This document shows, piece after piece, positions 25,547 to 32,953 of a DNA stretch of 37,720 nucleotides (position 1 is the stretch's first letter; each line of letters opens with the position of its first letter). The translations under genes and the position numbers were made by a program. Source of the stretch: a virus; the IMG/VR virus record IMGVR_UViG_3300027498_000002, one strand, 5' to 3'. Below the pieces are notes generated by a model, which was not told the DNA's origin, did no database searches, and saw only the letters and a list, made by a program, of their open reading frames with translations.

Positions 25547-26737
25547 ATGAATAAACTAAATCTCCCCCAAATGAAAGTAAGGTACTTACTGCGTAATAAG
25601 GCTCGCTATCATGATTATATCCCACTGATCTGTCGCATCAGTCATCGTGGAGTCTCTGAATTCAACACAGGGCTATTGATAAGAGAGCAGCACTGGGACC
25701 ATGACAAGCAGCGAGATAAACGCGACAAGATAAACGTTAAAATAAAGCTGATCACGCAGAAAATCATGGATGTGTATAACGAACATGCTGACAGCAGCTG
25801 GACCAGCACCGATATTTTAAATCAAATGGAGGCAGACCATTCGCCAAAATTCAATTGGCCCGATCTATTCAGCGCACATGATCAACACCAAGCAGTCGTG
25901 AAAAGCTCAGCTAAGTACACCAGGGATAGATACATGAGGTGCATGAGGTATCTGATAGAAGACATTCCTAATATCAGCATCAACTATCTTAAGCGATCAC
26001 ACATCAGTTTATTCTACCAGGCACTGAGGTCACGAGGCATATCTAATAATATGGCCGTGAAGTATATCAGCCTGCTATCATCTGTCATTGAGTATGGTAA
26101 CTATATGGATCTCATAGACATTAAGAATCCTTGCAAGGGGCATCAATTTAAGCTGGAGGAGGTAGAAACTGTCTACCTGGATCATGCAGAGCTGGGCAGG
26201 CTGGAGCACAAAGACTTGTCTATGCTCCCTAGGCTGGAGCAGGTCAGAGATGTCTTCGTCTTTCAGTGCTATACAGGCATGGAGTACAGCAGAGTAGTGA
26301 CACTCCATATGCAGCAGATCAAAAAAGATGCGCAAGGGGATCTTTGGATAGAGTCTACCAGACAAAAGACAGGCGTGAAGATACATATATACCTCTACCC
26401 TGAGGCGAAAGCTATATTAAATCGTTATAGCTGTTACCAGGACGAGCACGGAGGCAAGGCACTACCTGTCAGCAGTAATCAGCATATGAATGCGTATCTA
26501 CAAGAGCTATGCACTATATGTCAGATTGACAAGAAGCTGACGACACATAAGGCCAGACACACTTTTGCGACTACAGTGCTACTAGATAGGGGTGTCTCCA
26601 TGGAAAGCGTAAAGAATCAGTTAGGCCATAGATCCATTAAAACGACTGAGTCAGTGTATGGCAAGATCACGAGAAAGCGCATCAAGGATGAATCATTGAA
26701 GGTATTAAAGGACCACTATTCTACTGAAGAAGGTTAA
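25547..26737 (+). CDS. int: Tyrosine recombinase / phage integrase
   Basis: 396 aa. The C-terminal catalytic region HKARHTFATTVLL ... LGHRSIKTTESVYGKI supplies the R, H-x-x-R and Y residues. The N-terminal arm-binding and SAM-like regions are typical of Bacteroidota integrases. Confidence 0.95.
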   Translation: MNKLNLPQMKVRYLLRNKARYHDYIPLICRISHRGVSEFNTGLLIREQHWDHDKQRDKRDKINVKIKLITQKIMDVYNEHADSSWTSTDILNQMEADHSPKFNWPDLFSAHDQHQAVVKSSAKYTRDRYMRCMRYLIEDIPNISINYLKRSHISLFYQALRSRGISNNMAVKYISLLSSVIEYGNYMDLIDIKNPCKGHQFKLEEVETVYLDHAELGRLEHKDLSMLPRLEQVRDVFVFQCYTGMEYSRVVTLHMQQIKKDAQGDLWIESTRQKTGVKIHIYLYPEAKAILNRYSCYQDEHGGKALPVSSNQHMNAYLQELCTICQIDKKLTTHKARHTFATTVLLDRGVSMESVKNQLGHRSIKTTESVYGKITRKRIKDESLKVLKDHYSTEEG

Positions 26738-26744
26738 TTCTCTC

Positions 26745-26774
26745 GGTTGTCTATATAAATATCTATAGATAACC
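26745..26774 (+). terminator. Hairpin just after the int stop (possible terminator)
   Basis: GGTTGTCTATA (26745..26755) pairs with TATAGATAACC (26764..26774) with one G-U pair. There is no strong T-tract. Confidence 0.3.
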
Positions 26775-26917
26775 ATTAAAATACCTCATTTAAACACTTA
26801 CCCCCACTTAACAGTTATATATACACTAATCGAAATCTTTATCATCTGAATCTAGTGGACATAAAGGCATCTTTTAACTGATTTTGCTTTTTATCCATTT
26901 AACTACTATTGACTCAG

Positions 26918-27316
26918 ATGAATTACGTAAAGACTCAAACGTATAGCCATGAGGCTATATCCTCACCAGTACAGGGGACAATCAAAATTAAATTATACAC
27001 CATCAGTGGACGGCTCACGGAGACCATTAAGGGCATCTTTGCCCAGCTCATCCATAGGGACCATGAGCTGCTAAAAGGCCATCAAATAGCTGCGCATACA
27101 TGCAGAACGTTTTGGCTGATTCGGGCCGAAAAAGGGGCTGTTATACCACCTCATTATCACACATATAGTCAGAGAATCATCATGCTGAGCGGCCTTACAT
27201 GGGAGACAGAAAGGGGTATATCTTACACTCCAGGCATGATATATGACATCCCAGCTCACCAAAATCACGGCTTTTTAATGCGCGAAAAGAGCGCGTATCT
27301 AGTCTTAATCAAATAA
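26918..27316 (+). CDS. Cupin-fold protein
   Basis: Start trimmed to the ATG at 26918. Motifs IPPHYHTYSQRIIMLSG ... IPAHQNHGF. Confidence 0.55.
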   Translation: MNYVKTQTYSHEAISSPVQGTIKIKLYTISGRLTETIKGIFAQLIHRDHELLKGHQIAAHTCRTFWLIRAEKGAVIPPHYHTYSQRIIMLSGLTWETERGISYTPGMIYDIPAHQNHGFLMREKSAYLVLIK

Positions 27317-27321
27317 TTATG

Positions 27322-27335
27322 ATAACATTTGTTAA
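27322..27335. promoter_or_regulatory. Operator-like palindrome ATAACATTTGTTAA
   Basis: 13 of 14 match to the reverse complement of the 12529..12542 site. Confidence 0.4.
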
Positions 27336-27366
27336 CATTTATTGAATTTGCCGCGCTTATTTTTAA

Positions 27367-27380
27367 TTAACAATTGTTAA
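27367..27380. promoter_or_regulatory. Perfect 14-bp palindrome TTAACAATTGTTAA
   Basis: Same half sites (TTAACA/TGTTAA, 2-nt spacer) as 12529..12542. Confidence 0.4.
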
Positions 27381-27392
27381 GGATATTAATAA

Positions 27393-27420
27393 CATATGTT
27401 CAACATATGATGAACATATG
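27393..27420. repeat. CATATG box array A (3 boxes, 11-bp phasing)
   Basis: CATATG at 27393, 27404 and 27415. Confidence 0.9.
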
Positions 27421-27454
27421 GCGTGAGACTTTTTGCACGTTTTTTACCTATTCT

Positions 27455-27472
27455 TAGCGACACTTGTCGCTA
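27455..27472. promoter_or_regulatory. 18-bp inverted repeat TAGCGACA-CT-TGTCGCTA between arrays A and B
   Basis: Perfect 8-bp arms with a 2-nt spacer, which looks like a protein-binding site. Confidence 0.4.
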
Positions 27473-27533
27473 TTGATCGCGCTAAATGTCACTATAAAAA
27501 TTAAACGCCTGATTTTCAATGACTTACGATTAT

Positions 27534-27594
27534 CATATGATAAACATATGATGAACATATGATCATCATATGAAAAACATATGTTCATCATATG
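27534..27594. repeat. CATATG box array B (6 boxes, 11-bp phasing)
   Basis: CATATG at 27534, 27545, 27556, 27567, 27578 and 27589. Flank consensus is (A/T)CATATG(A/T)T. Confidence 0.95.
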
Positions 27595-27642
27595 GAAATA
27601 GAAATAGAAATAGAAATAGAATTAGAAATAGAACTAGAAAAA
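27595..27642. repeat. Hexanucleotide microsatellite (GAAATA)n, 8 units (5 perfect)
   Basis: GAAATA x4, GAATTA, GAAATA, GAACTA, GAAAAA, directly abutting array B. Confidence 0.9.
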
Positions 27643-27775
27643 CTAGTACCAAGAATTCTAGAATTTATCTAGAAAAAGAATTTTCAAAAAAAATGAAAAA
27701 TCGAAAATCAAAATTTGGAAAATCAGAAAATTCGAATTAGGTTTGCATCGTCGAATTTATCGAAATCGAAATCTC
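27643..27775. repeat. A-tract / short tandem repeat block (GAAAATC- and ATCGAAA-type units)
   Basis: Runs of A4-A8 every 7-13 nt, then ...TGAAAAATCGAAAATCAAAATTTGGAAAATCAGAAAATTCG... and ATCGAAATCGAAATC. Confidence 0.7.
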
Positions 27776-27829
27776 CAGCCCAGCAGCTGGAAGCCACAGC
27801 GGCTAAAAAATGTGAGTCCGACATTCGAA

Positions 27830-27847
27830 TTGTAAAAATTTTTACAA
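27830..27847. other. Perfect 18-bp palindrome TTGTAAAAATTTTTACAA downstream of the lipoprotein gene
   Basis: Self-complementary. Lies 35 nt beyond the stop of 27882..28319, so it may be a bidirectional terminator or a binding site. Confidence 0.35.
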
Positions 27848-27881
27848 CAATCAGCAGGACCAAATCGACAGCTTTAATTTC

Positions 27882-28319
27882 CTAATCGTTTTTCTTAAAT
27901 ATGTGGTGGTACACACTTTTATCACCTACCCTCAGCACGTAGCTATCCTCTAAGGTCCAGCCCTGCGCATGTAGTGCATTCATCACATCTACCATGCTAT
28001 TAAATAGCAGAGGGAAGCCTCGCTCATCCTGCACCTCTGACTTCATCCATGTGGCAGAGGTCTGACCTATGTCTATATTGATCTTCACACGCTCACCCAG
28101 CCCCAGGAATCCTGCACGCTCACCCACCACTTGTAGGTACCTCAGGTGCGGTATCTCATTCAGGTCAGTACCATCGATGTACAGTAGAGGGTAGGCCTCT
28201 CCGGAGCGCTCGAAGTAGCTCTTAGTACTGTCTGAGCCTGGCGCAGGCCTGCGCACGACGCATGAGCTCAGCGTGAGGGATAGGAGGCTACAGAGTGTGA
28301 TTAGCTTTAGTATGTTCAT
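27882..28319 (-). CDS. Lipoprotein co-transcribed with the repressor (candidate superinfection-exclusion factor)
   Basis: Lipobox MNILKLITLCSLLSLTLSSC. 4-nt ATGA overlap with the CI-like gene. Confidence 0.7.
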   Translation of the reverse strand: MNILKLITLCSLLSLTLSSCVVRRPAPGSDSTKSYFERSGEAYPLLYIDGTDLNEIPHLRYLQVVGERAGFLGLGERVKINIDIGQTSATWMKSEVQDERGFPLLFNSMVDVMNALHAQGWTLEDSYVLRVGDKSVYHHIFKKND

Positions 28320-28699
28320 GTGAGTTTTTCTTGTATTAATAATTTGATTGCGCGTTGATTGTCTAAGATAGCACTTAATACAGGATCCGCTGGAGGTATA
28401 GCTGGTGACTTAGCCAGCTGAGTCAATACGTCAGTTACGCCCGTGGAGTATGTTTGTTCTTGATCGCTGATGAGTGCATCCCCCTCACCAGTGAATAGCC
28501 AGTTGAGATTGACCTGCTTGACATTAGATTTTAGGTGATAGAGTACCTTATAGTCGATATCTGTAGTCCCTTTTCTGAGGCGTGACATCTTACCTGTATT
28601 GATGTCCAATGCTGCATAAAGAGCAGCTTTAGAGTGATATATCCGCTCTTCAATAATTTTTTCTACTAAATTATCAAAGCGTGTAATCACCTGATTCAT
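28316..28699 (-). CDS. CI-type phage repressor (Phage_CI_repr-like HTH)
   Basis: Start trimmed to the ATG at 28699. HTH region followed by the signature NLNWLFTGEGD. Divergent from a Cro-like gene. Confidence 0.75.
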   Translation of the reverse strand: MNQVITRFDNLVEKIIEERIYHSKAALYAALDINTGKMSRLRKGTTDIDYKVLYHLKSNVKQVNLNWLFTGEGDALISDQEQTYSTGVTDVLTQLAKSPAIPPADPVLSAILDNQRAIKLLIQEKLT

Positions 28700-28739
28700 A
28701 GCACCGTATGTAGCCTCATCCTCCAAAATATCTAATTTA

Positions 28740-28795
28740 TTAGCATGTTTATGTGCTAATTATTTGCACACATCAAAAATAATTACATAAATTTG
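28740..28795. promoter_or_regulatory. Divergent promoter/operator region of the immunity switch
   Basis: Overlapping inverted repeats: TTAGCA (28740) with TGCTAA (28754), and TGTGC (28752) with GCACA (28766). TAAATTTG (28788..28795, plus strand) and TATTTTTG (minus strand, 28781..28774) both match the Bacteroidota -7 consensus TAnnTTTG. Confidence 0.35.
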
Positions 28796-28799
28796 TATC

Positions 28800-29090
28800 A
28801 TGGATAGTAAGATACATTACACAGAAGTAAAATCCAGAAAAAAGTTTTTGGAGCTCTGGGATGAGCTAAGTGTGTATAAGCGAAGGTTCGACATGGCTGA
28901 CATAGCCAAGCGAATGAATCTCACTCCAGCACAGGTGTCATCATATGTCTGGCAGGTCCGTAATGACCTCAGAAGAAGCTACGACATTAACACCTTAGAG
29001 CTGATCTATAATCACCTTGCTGACATAGTCAGAAGTCGCAAGGCTTTTATCGAGAAGCAGAAAGAGGAATTGAGAGCTTCTCTTTCCTAG
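28800..29090 (+). CDS. Cro-like / early regulator with HTH
   Basis: 96 aa. MADIAKRMNLTPAQVSSYVWQVRN looks like an HTH. Divergent from the repressor. Confidence 0.5.
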   Translation: MDSKIHYTEVKSRKKFLELWDELSVYKRRFDMADIAKRMNLTPAQVSSYVWQVRNDLRRSYDINTLELIYNHLADIVRSRKAFIEKQKEELRASLS

Positions 29091-29168
29091 CTTACATCAC
29101 AAAGATAGATGATGTAAGCTCACCGAACAATAACCAGAATCGGTATTTATCGCATGACGAGCAAATCT

Positions 29169-29196
29169 CATATGATACACATATGATCATGATATG
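29169..29196. repeat. CATATG box array C (CATATG, CATATG, GATATG, 11-bp phasing)
   Basis: Boxes at 29169, 29180 and 29191. Confidence 0.8.
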
Positions 29197-29322
29197 AAAA
29201 ATAAAAAGCGCAAAGCGAAAGCAGCAAAGAACATTAAGAAGCGGATCAAGAAAATAGAGCGGCAGCTGAGAAAGCTACGTAAGGCGCATAACTACTCTCA
29301 GATAGGGTATACACAATATTAG
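29194..29322 (+). CDS. Possible 42-aa hyperbasic peptide (not in the ORF track)
   Basis: Hand translation: MKNKKRKAKAAKNIKKRIKKIERQLRKLRKAHNYSQIGYTQY. Its ATG is part of the third box of array C. Confidence 0.25.
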   Translation: MKNKKRKAKAAKNIKKRIKKIERQLRKLRKAHNYSQIGYTQY

Positions 29323-29530
29323 ACATCAAAGACGTAAACCATTTTCGGTTTTCAAACAGACCATAGGAGGGGCTAAAAGTAGTCTCTATGATCTCAAGGG
29401 TTAATTACTCTCAATTCAATTCTTAGACAACATTCAGTAATAGATGGGGGAGATACCATTTTATACTGTTTTGGGTAGAATATGCACATAGTGTTAATTT
29501 TTTTTACACACCCTTACCCTTGAGATCCCT

Positions 29531-30253
29531 ATGATTCTGACAGACATATTTTCATTCTTATTTACATTTTTTATTAGCGCAGTTGGTCGCCTGGTGCAAA
29601 GGCATCAGGAGACCAATTTATTGCCTAAAGTCAATGCAGATATTGAAAGGCTTAACCATAATCACCATATAATGACCTTTAACCCTATCATAGACGAACC
29701 CAGGAGGACCTACAGGATCAAGAAAAAGTGTGAACATAATCGCTACACCCCTGAGATGATCAGCTTCATTAAGAAGCATTACTCTAAGGCTGAAAACACT
29801 GACGAGTTCGCTAAGCTCTTTAATCAGAGATTTAGCGAAGCACAAAGGGCCGTCGCCACGCTGCAGGCGAAAGCCAATAAACTAAATCTCAAGCGTCCAA
29901 ATGGAAGCCTGCGATATTCTGATCAGGAGATAGCCTTCTTTCATGAGCACTACCTGGCAGCTAAGACGATAGCTGATTTTCACAAAGCATTTAATGAGGC
30001 ATTCAATAAAAAGAGAAGTGCCTCAGCTCTGCGCATGTATGCTAATGATAGACTGGGACTACAGCGACGAGGGCAGAAGTGGACCAGGGTGAACTTTACG
30101 GAGGCCGAAGTAGCCTACCTCATCAAGCACTATCCCACAGCCCCTAACCTCAGGACCTTTGGCAGCGCATTCAATAAGCACTTTAAGAGCCTCCGAAAGA
30201 TGGACACACTCAGCAGCAAAGCGAAGATGCTGGGACTGAAAAGGAATAAGTAA
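29531..30253 (+). CDS. Protein with three tandem repeats of about 50 aa, Myb/SANT- or GcrA-like HTH
   Basis: Repeats: FIKKHYSKAENTDEFAKLFNQRF..ATLQAKANKLNLKR, FFHEHYLAAKTIADFHKAFNEAF..ALRMYANDRLGLQRR and YLIKHYPTAPNLRTFGSAFNKHF..TLSSKAKMLGLKRN. Confidence 0.6.
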   Translation: MILTDIFSFLFTFFISAVGRLVQRHQETNLLPKVNADIERLNHNHHIMTFNPIIDEPRRTYRIKKKCEHNRYTPEMISFIKKHYSKAENTDEFAKLFNQRFSEAQRAVATLQAKANKLNLKRPNGSLRYSDQEIAFFHEHYLAAKTIADFHKAFNEAFNKKRSASALRMYANDRLGLQRRGQKWTRVNFTEAEVAYLIKHYPTAPNLRTFGSAFNKHFKSLRKMDTLSSKAKMLGLKRNK

Positions 30254-30272
30254 ATTTTTGAAATTAAATCTG

Positions 30273-30794
30273 ATGATCAATATAACTAATTCACTGGCCC
30301 TTAGAGTAACTGAGAGTTTACTATCTAAAAGAGGGGTAAAGTTAAATGCTAATTTCAAACATATCCGTGAATCGATTAAAGAAGAGTATCTATCATCACT
30401 GCCAGAGATGATACAGGAAGCCTTTGAAGTCTATCCTCAATATTTTAAAAATAGTTGTGTAAGTTTTCAGGACACCAGCCCCATCAATTTTACAGAGAAA
30501 TTGCCGCATGTAAAACATTCACATGATTTTATTTATATAGAATCAGACATATTCAGCGATGATCTAAAGGAGGAATTATATAATTATAGGATATTAAAAG
30601 AAGAGTTTAAGCAAAAAGAAATTGAAATCTGTCAAGCTATCATTAAACTTTCAACTCTTCCAAAATTAGCATTAGAATTTCCAGAAGCATATGAAATCAT
30701 CATAGGGATAAGTCCCGATGAATTATACGATACAACGACTCACCACCCTTCTAATGTTGAAATTGAATTACTCAGAAATTACATAAACACATAA
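30273..30794 (+). CDS. Hypothetical protein (AT-rich gene)
   Basis: Start trimmed to the ATG at 30273. No motif recognised. Confidence 0.5.
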   Translation: MINITNSLALRVTESLLSKRGVKLNANFKHIRESIKEEYLSSLPEMIQEAFEVYPQYFKNSCVSFQDTSPINFTEKLPHVKHSHDFIYIESDIFSDDLKEELYNYRILKEEFKQKEIEICQAIIKLSTLPKLALEFPEAYEIIIGISPDELYDTTTHHPSNVEIELLRNYINT

Positions 30795-30798
30795 GCCA

Positions 30799-31065
30799 AT
30801 GAACCCTCGTTACTCATACTTAGTCGATAAACGTAATCGGCTCCACATAGTCGATCAAAATACACAGTTAGCTAACAGGAATATGAAGTTTAAAAACGTG
30901 TGGAGAGGCTACACCAGCTATGGCGACATAAGAGCTGGGCTACATGGTCGTTTTACCAAGCATTGGCAGGAACTAAAAGAAATGAAAGAGATCACTAAGG
31001 AGGAAGCCATCAGCATGGACCAGCTCCCCGTCATGTCACTCACTAATAAACTCATGGAGAGATGA
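30799..31065 (+). CDS. Hypothetical protein
   Basis: 88-aa ORF, tightly packed with its neighbours. Confidence 0.5.
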   Translation: MNPRYSYLVDKRNRLHIVDQNTQLANRNMKFKNVWRGYTSYGDIRAGLHGRFTKHWQELKEMKEITKEEAISMDQLPVMSLTNKLMER

Positions 31066-31337
31066 CCTTTAAAATCAATGACAAATACACAGCCTACTAC
31101 GCGCGTCTATTCATGGCCTACCATAAAGGACGCAGGCCATATAATAAGATATTCGAGCTCAGAGGCTTCACGGGCGAGCATAAAGAAGAGTTCTGGCGCT
31201 TTCACCAGGCTAACCCCATAATATATGAGCTCTTTAAGGAGAAAGTATATCAGGAGGTAGCCGCTGGACACACTAAGCTAAGCAGTAAAGGTATCCTCAT
31301 GGACATCAGAAAAGAATATAAGCAGCGGACGTATTGA
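31062..31337 (+). CDS. Hypothetical protein
   Basis: 91-aa ORF with a 4-nt overlap with the upstream gene. Confidence 0.5.
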   Translation: MTFKINDKYTAYYARLFMAYHKGRRPYNKIFELRGFTGEHKEEFWRFHQANPIIYELFKEKVYQEVAAGHTKLSSKGILMDIRKEYKQRTY

Positions 31338-31392
31338 ATTCGGTAGATCTCCCAAGAGGTAACTAAATCCTTCATCAATCAAAATAACACAC

Positions 31393-32145
31393 ATGTCTAC
31401 ACCAGCATTCTTATTCTACCCAGGCGACTACCTCAGAGATACCCAAATGCTCAGCTCTAATAGCCAGGTAGCATATGACCGGATGATGTGCGAGTCTAAG
31501 CGTAGCCCCATCATCAATGAGACACAGCTGAACTTTTTAACGAAGAAGCTCACGGATGATGAGCGAGCCGAGCTCATGAATGTACTCACCGCTGTAGAGG
31601 GCGGCTATGAGATCAGCTGGGTAGCACGGAGCATAGAGAAGCGCGAGCGATACGTAGAGAGCCGAAGGAGAAATAAGACTAATTATGAAAATAAAAAGAA
31701 TCCCCTTAAAGCCGTCACCATCGAGCAGCAGCCGAGCGGAGCGCATCAGGCGCAGGGTGAGCCGATGGCTGATCAAGTACCTGAATCCGAAGGGGCCGGA
31801 CTCCCAGCGGTGATAGATCACCTCAATGCAGTAGCTGACGTGATGTACCCTTTTGACTATCCCACGAGCCAGCTCATGCTGGCCCTGCTCACAGAGGGGT
31901 ACAGCTGCGCTATGATGATTGACGTGATAGACCTGAAGCTGAGGCAGACACAAGTGAAAGGCAAAGGCGGACCAGCCTTCCAGCGCAGGTGGCTCAGCCC
32001 ACACACGTTATTTTCAAAGCTAAAATTTCCAAAATATGCCAACGAAGTCAGAGACATCAAGCAAGGCCATACAGCCGCACCAGCGCAAAGTAATGACCAG
32101 CGTTTACAAAAATTTGCCGATGATCTTGAAGAAATGGGACTGTAA
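31393..32145 (+). CDS. DUF1376 (YdaU-like) replication-associated protein
   Basis: N-terminus FLFYPGDYLRDTQMLSSNSQVAYDRMM matches the DUF1376 signature. Confidence 0.7.
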   Translation: MSTPAFLFYPGDYLRDTQMLSSNSQVAYDRMMCESKRSPIINETQLNFLTKKLTDDERAELMNVLTAVEGGYEISWVARSIEKRERYVESRRRNKTNYENKKNPLKAVTIEQQPSGAHQAQGEPMADQVPESEGAGLPAVIDHLNAVADVMYPFDYPTSQLMLALLTEGYSCAMMIDVIDLKLRQTQVKGKGGPAFQRRWLSPHTLFSKLKFPKYANEVRDIKQGHTAAPAQSNDQRLQKFADDLEEMGL

Positions 32146-32149
32146 AGAT

Positions 32150-32755
32150 ATGATTAGAGCTAATGAAATAGTCCAGAACCTCCAGCAGGTGAATAATATA
32201 GAGAAGGTCTTCCAGATCCCGACACCCTCTATTAGGCTACTGAATAAGACACAGGCCTGCGCCTTCATCACCATCCGTATCGTGAAGAACGTCACCAGGT
32301 ATTGGAAGGGCATGGAGCGCACCATAGATCCTGAGATGGCCAAGCTCATAGCTGAGATGATCGTAGACGACTATAGTAGCCTTAAGCTCACAGAAATAGA
32401 TCTAGTCTTTCGTAATGCCGTAATGGGCACATATGGCCCTACCTACGAAAATTTGAATATCGAGCGCATCCTCTCCTGGTTTAGCAAGTACTGGGAGTCG
32501 CGGGCCATATATGCGGAGCAGCGCGTACACCATCAGCACATGCAGCAGAAGTCTCTCTCCTGGAGTGATAAGATACTCCAGCAGACACCAGCTATCCAAG
32601 CTCCCACGAAGACCTATACACGCCTGGACCAGCGCACAGCAGCTAAGAAGGGTGAGGACCACCAAGCTAACATGGAGACCCTGAGGCTACAGGCCGAGGA
32701 TGCGGAGCGTAATAGACAGCAGCAAGAAGCAATTGATCATAATATCAATCAATAA
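32150..32755 (+). CDS. Hypothetical replication-module protein
   Basis: Start trimmed to the ATG at 32150, just after the upstream stop. Confidence 0.5.
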   Translation: MIRANEIVQNLQQVNNIEKVFQIPTPSIRLLNKTQACAFITIRIVKNVTRYWKGMERTIDPEMAKLIAEMIVDDYSSLKLTEIDLVFRNAVMGTYGPTYENLNIERILSWFSKYWESRAIYAEQRVHHQHMQQKSLSWSDKILQQTPAIQAPTKTYTRLDQRTAAKKGEDHQANMETLRLQAEDAERNRQQQEAIDHNINQ

Positions 32756-32757
32756 AT

Positions 32758-32943
32758 ATGAAAAAGGATAATTTAGAAAAACTAGGACAACTAATTGATA
32801 AGCTGGATAATATAATTCAGATGTCATCAAACTCGCTGCTTGCACATATACACTGGGAAGGGGTAAAAAGTGCCTTGCCAGAAATAAGGGAGAATGTACT
32901 TGAAGTGTATATCGATGAAGGAGGATCACCATATACAACATAA
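32758..32943 (+). CDS. Hypothetical small protein
   Basis: 61-aa ORF. Confidence 0.4.
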   Translation: MKKDNLEKLGQLIDKLDNIIQMSSNSLLAHIHWEGVKSALPEIRENVLEVYIDEGGSPYTT

Positions 32944-32953
32944 GAACTATAAC

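Noticed and set aside
27393-27642. Possible CRISPR array, given regularly spaced short repeats
   Set aside because: The period is only 11 nt (or 6 nt for GAAATA), with no unique spacers of 25-40 nt. The repeats are palindromic 6-mers, and no cas genes are present.
27592-27672. Mini-ORF encoding MEIEIEIEIELEIELEKLVPRILEFI
   Set aside because: The alternating Glu-Ile sequence is a direct by-product of translating the GAAATA microsatellite. There is no independent support for coding.
32036-32149. Long N-terminal extension of ORF 32036..32755 overlapping the DUF1376 gene (and similar extended starts at 16662..17117, 24107..24430, 24366..24620, 28316..28726, 35212..35559, 35532..36023)
   Set aside because: The extensions begin at non-ATG codons or overlap the preceding gene substantially. 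Internal ATGs placed right after, or overlapping (ATGA), the upstream stop give compact, coupled gene arrangements, so the shorter models were used.
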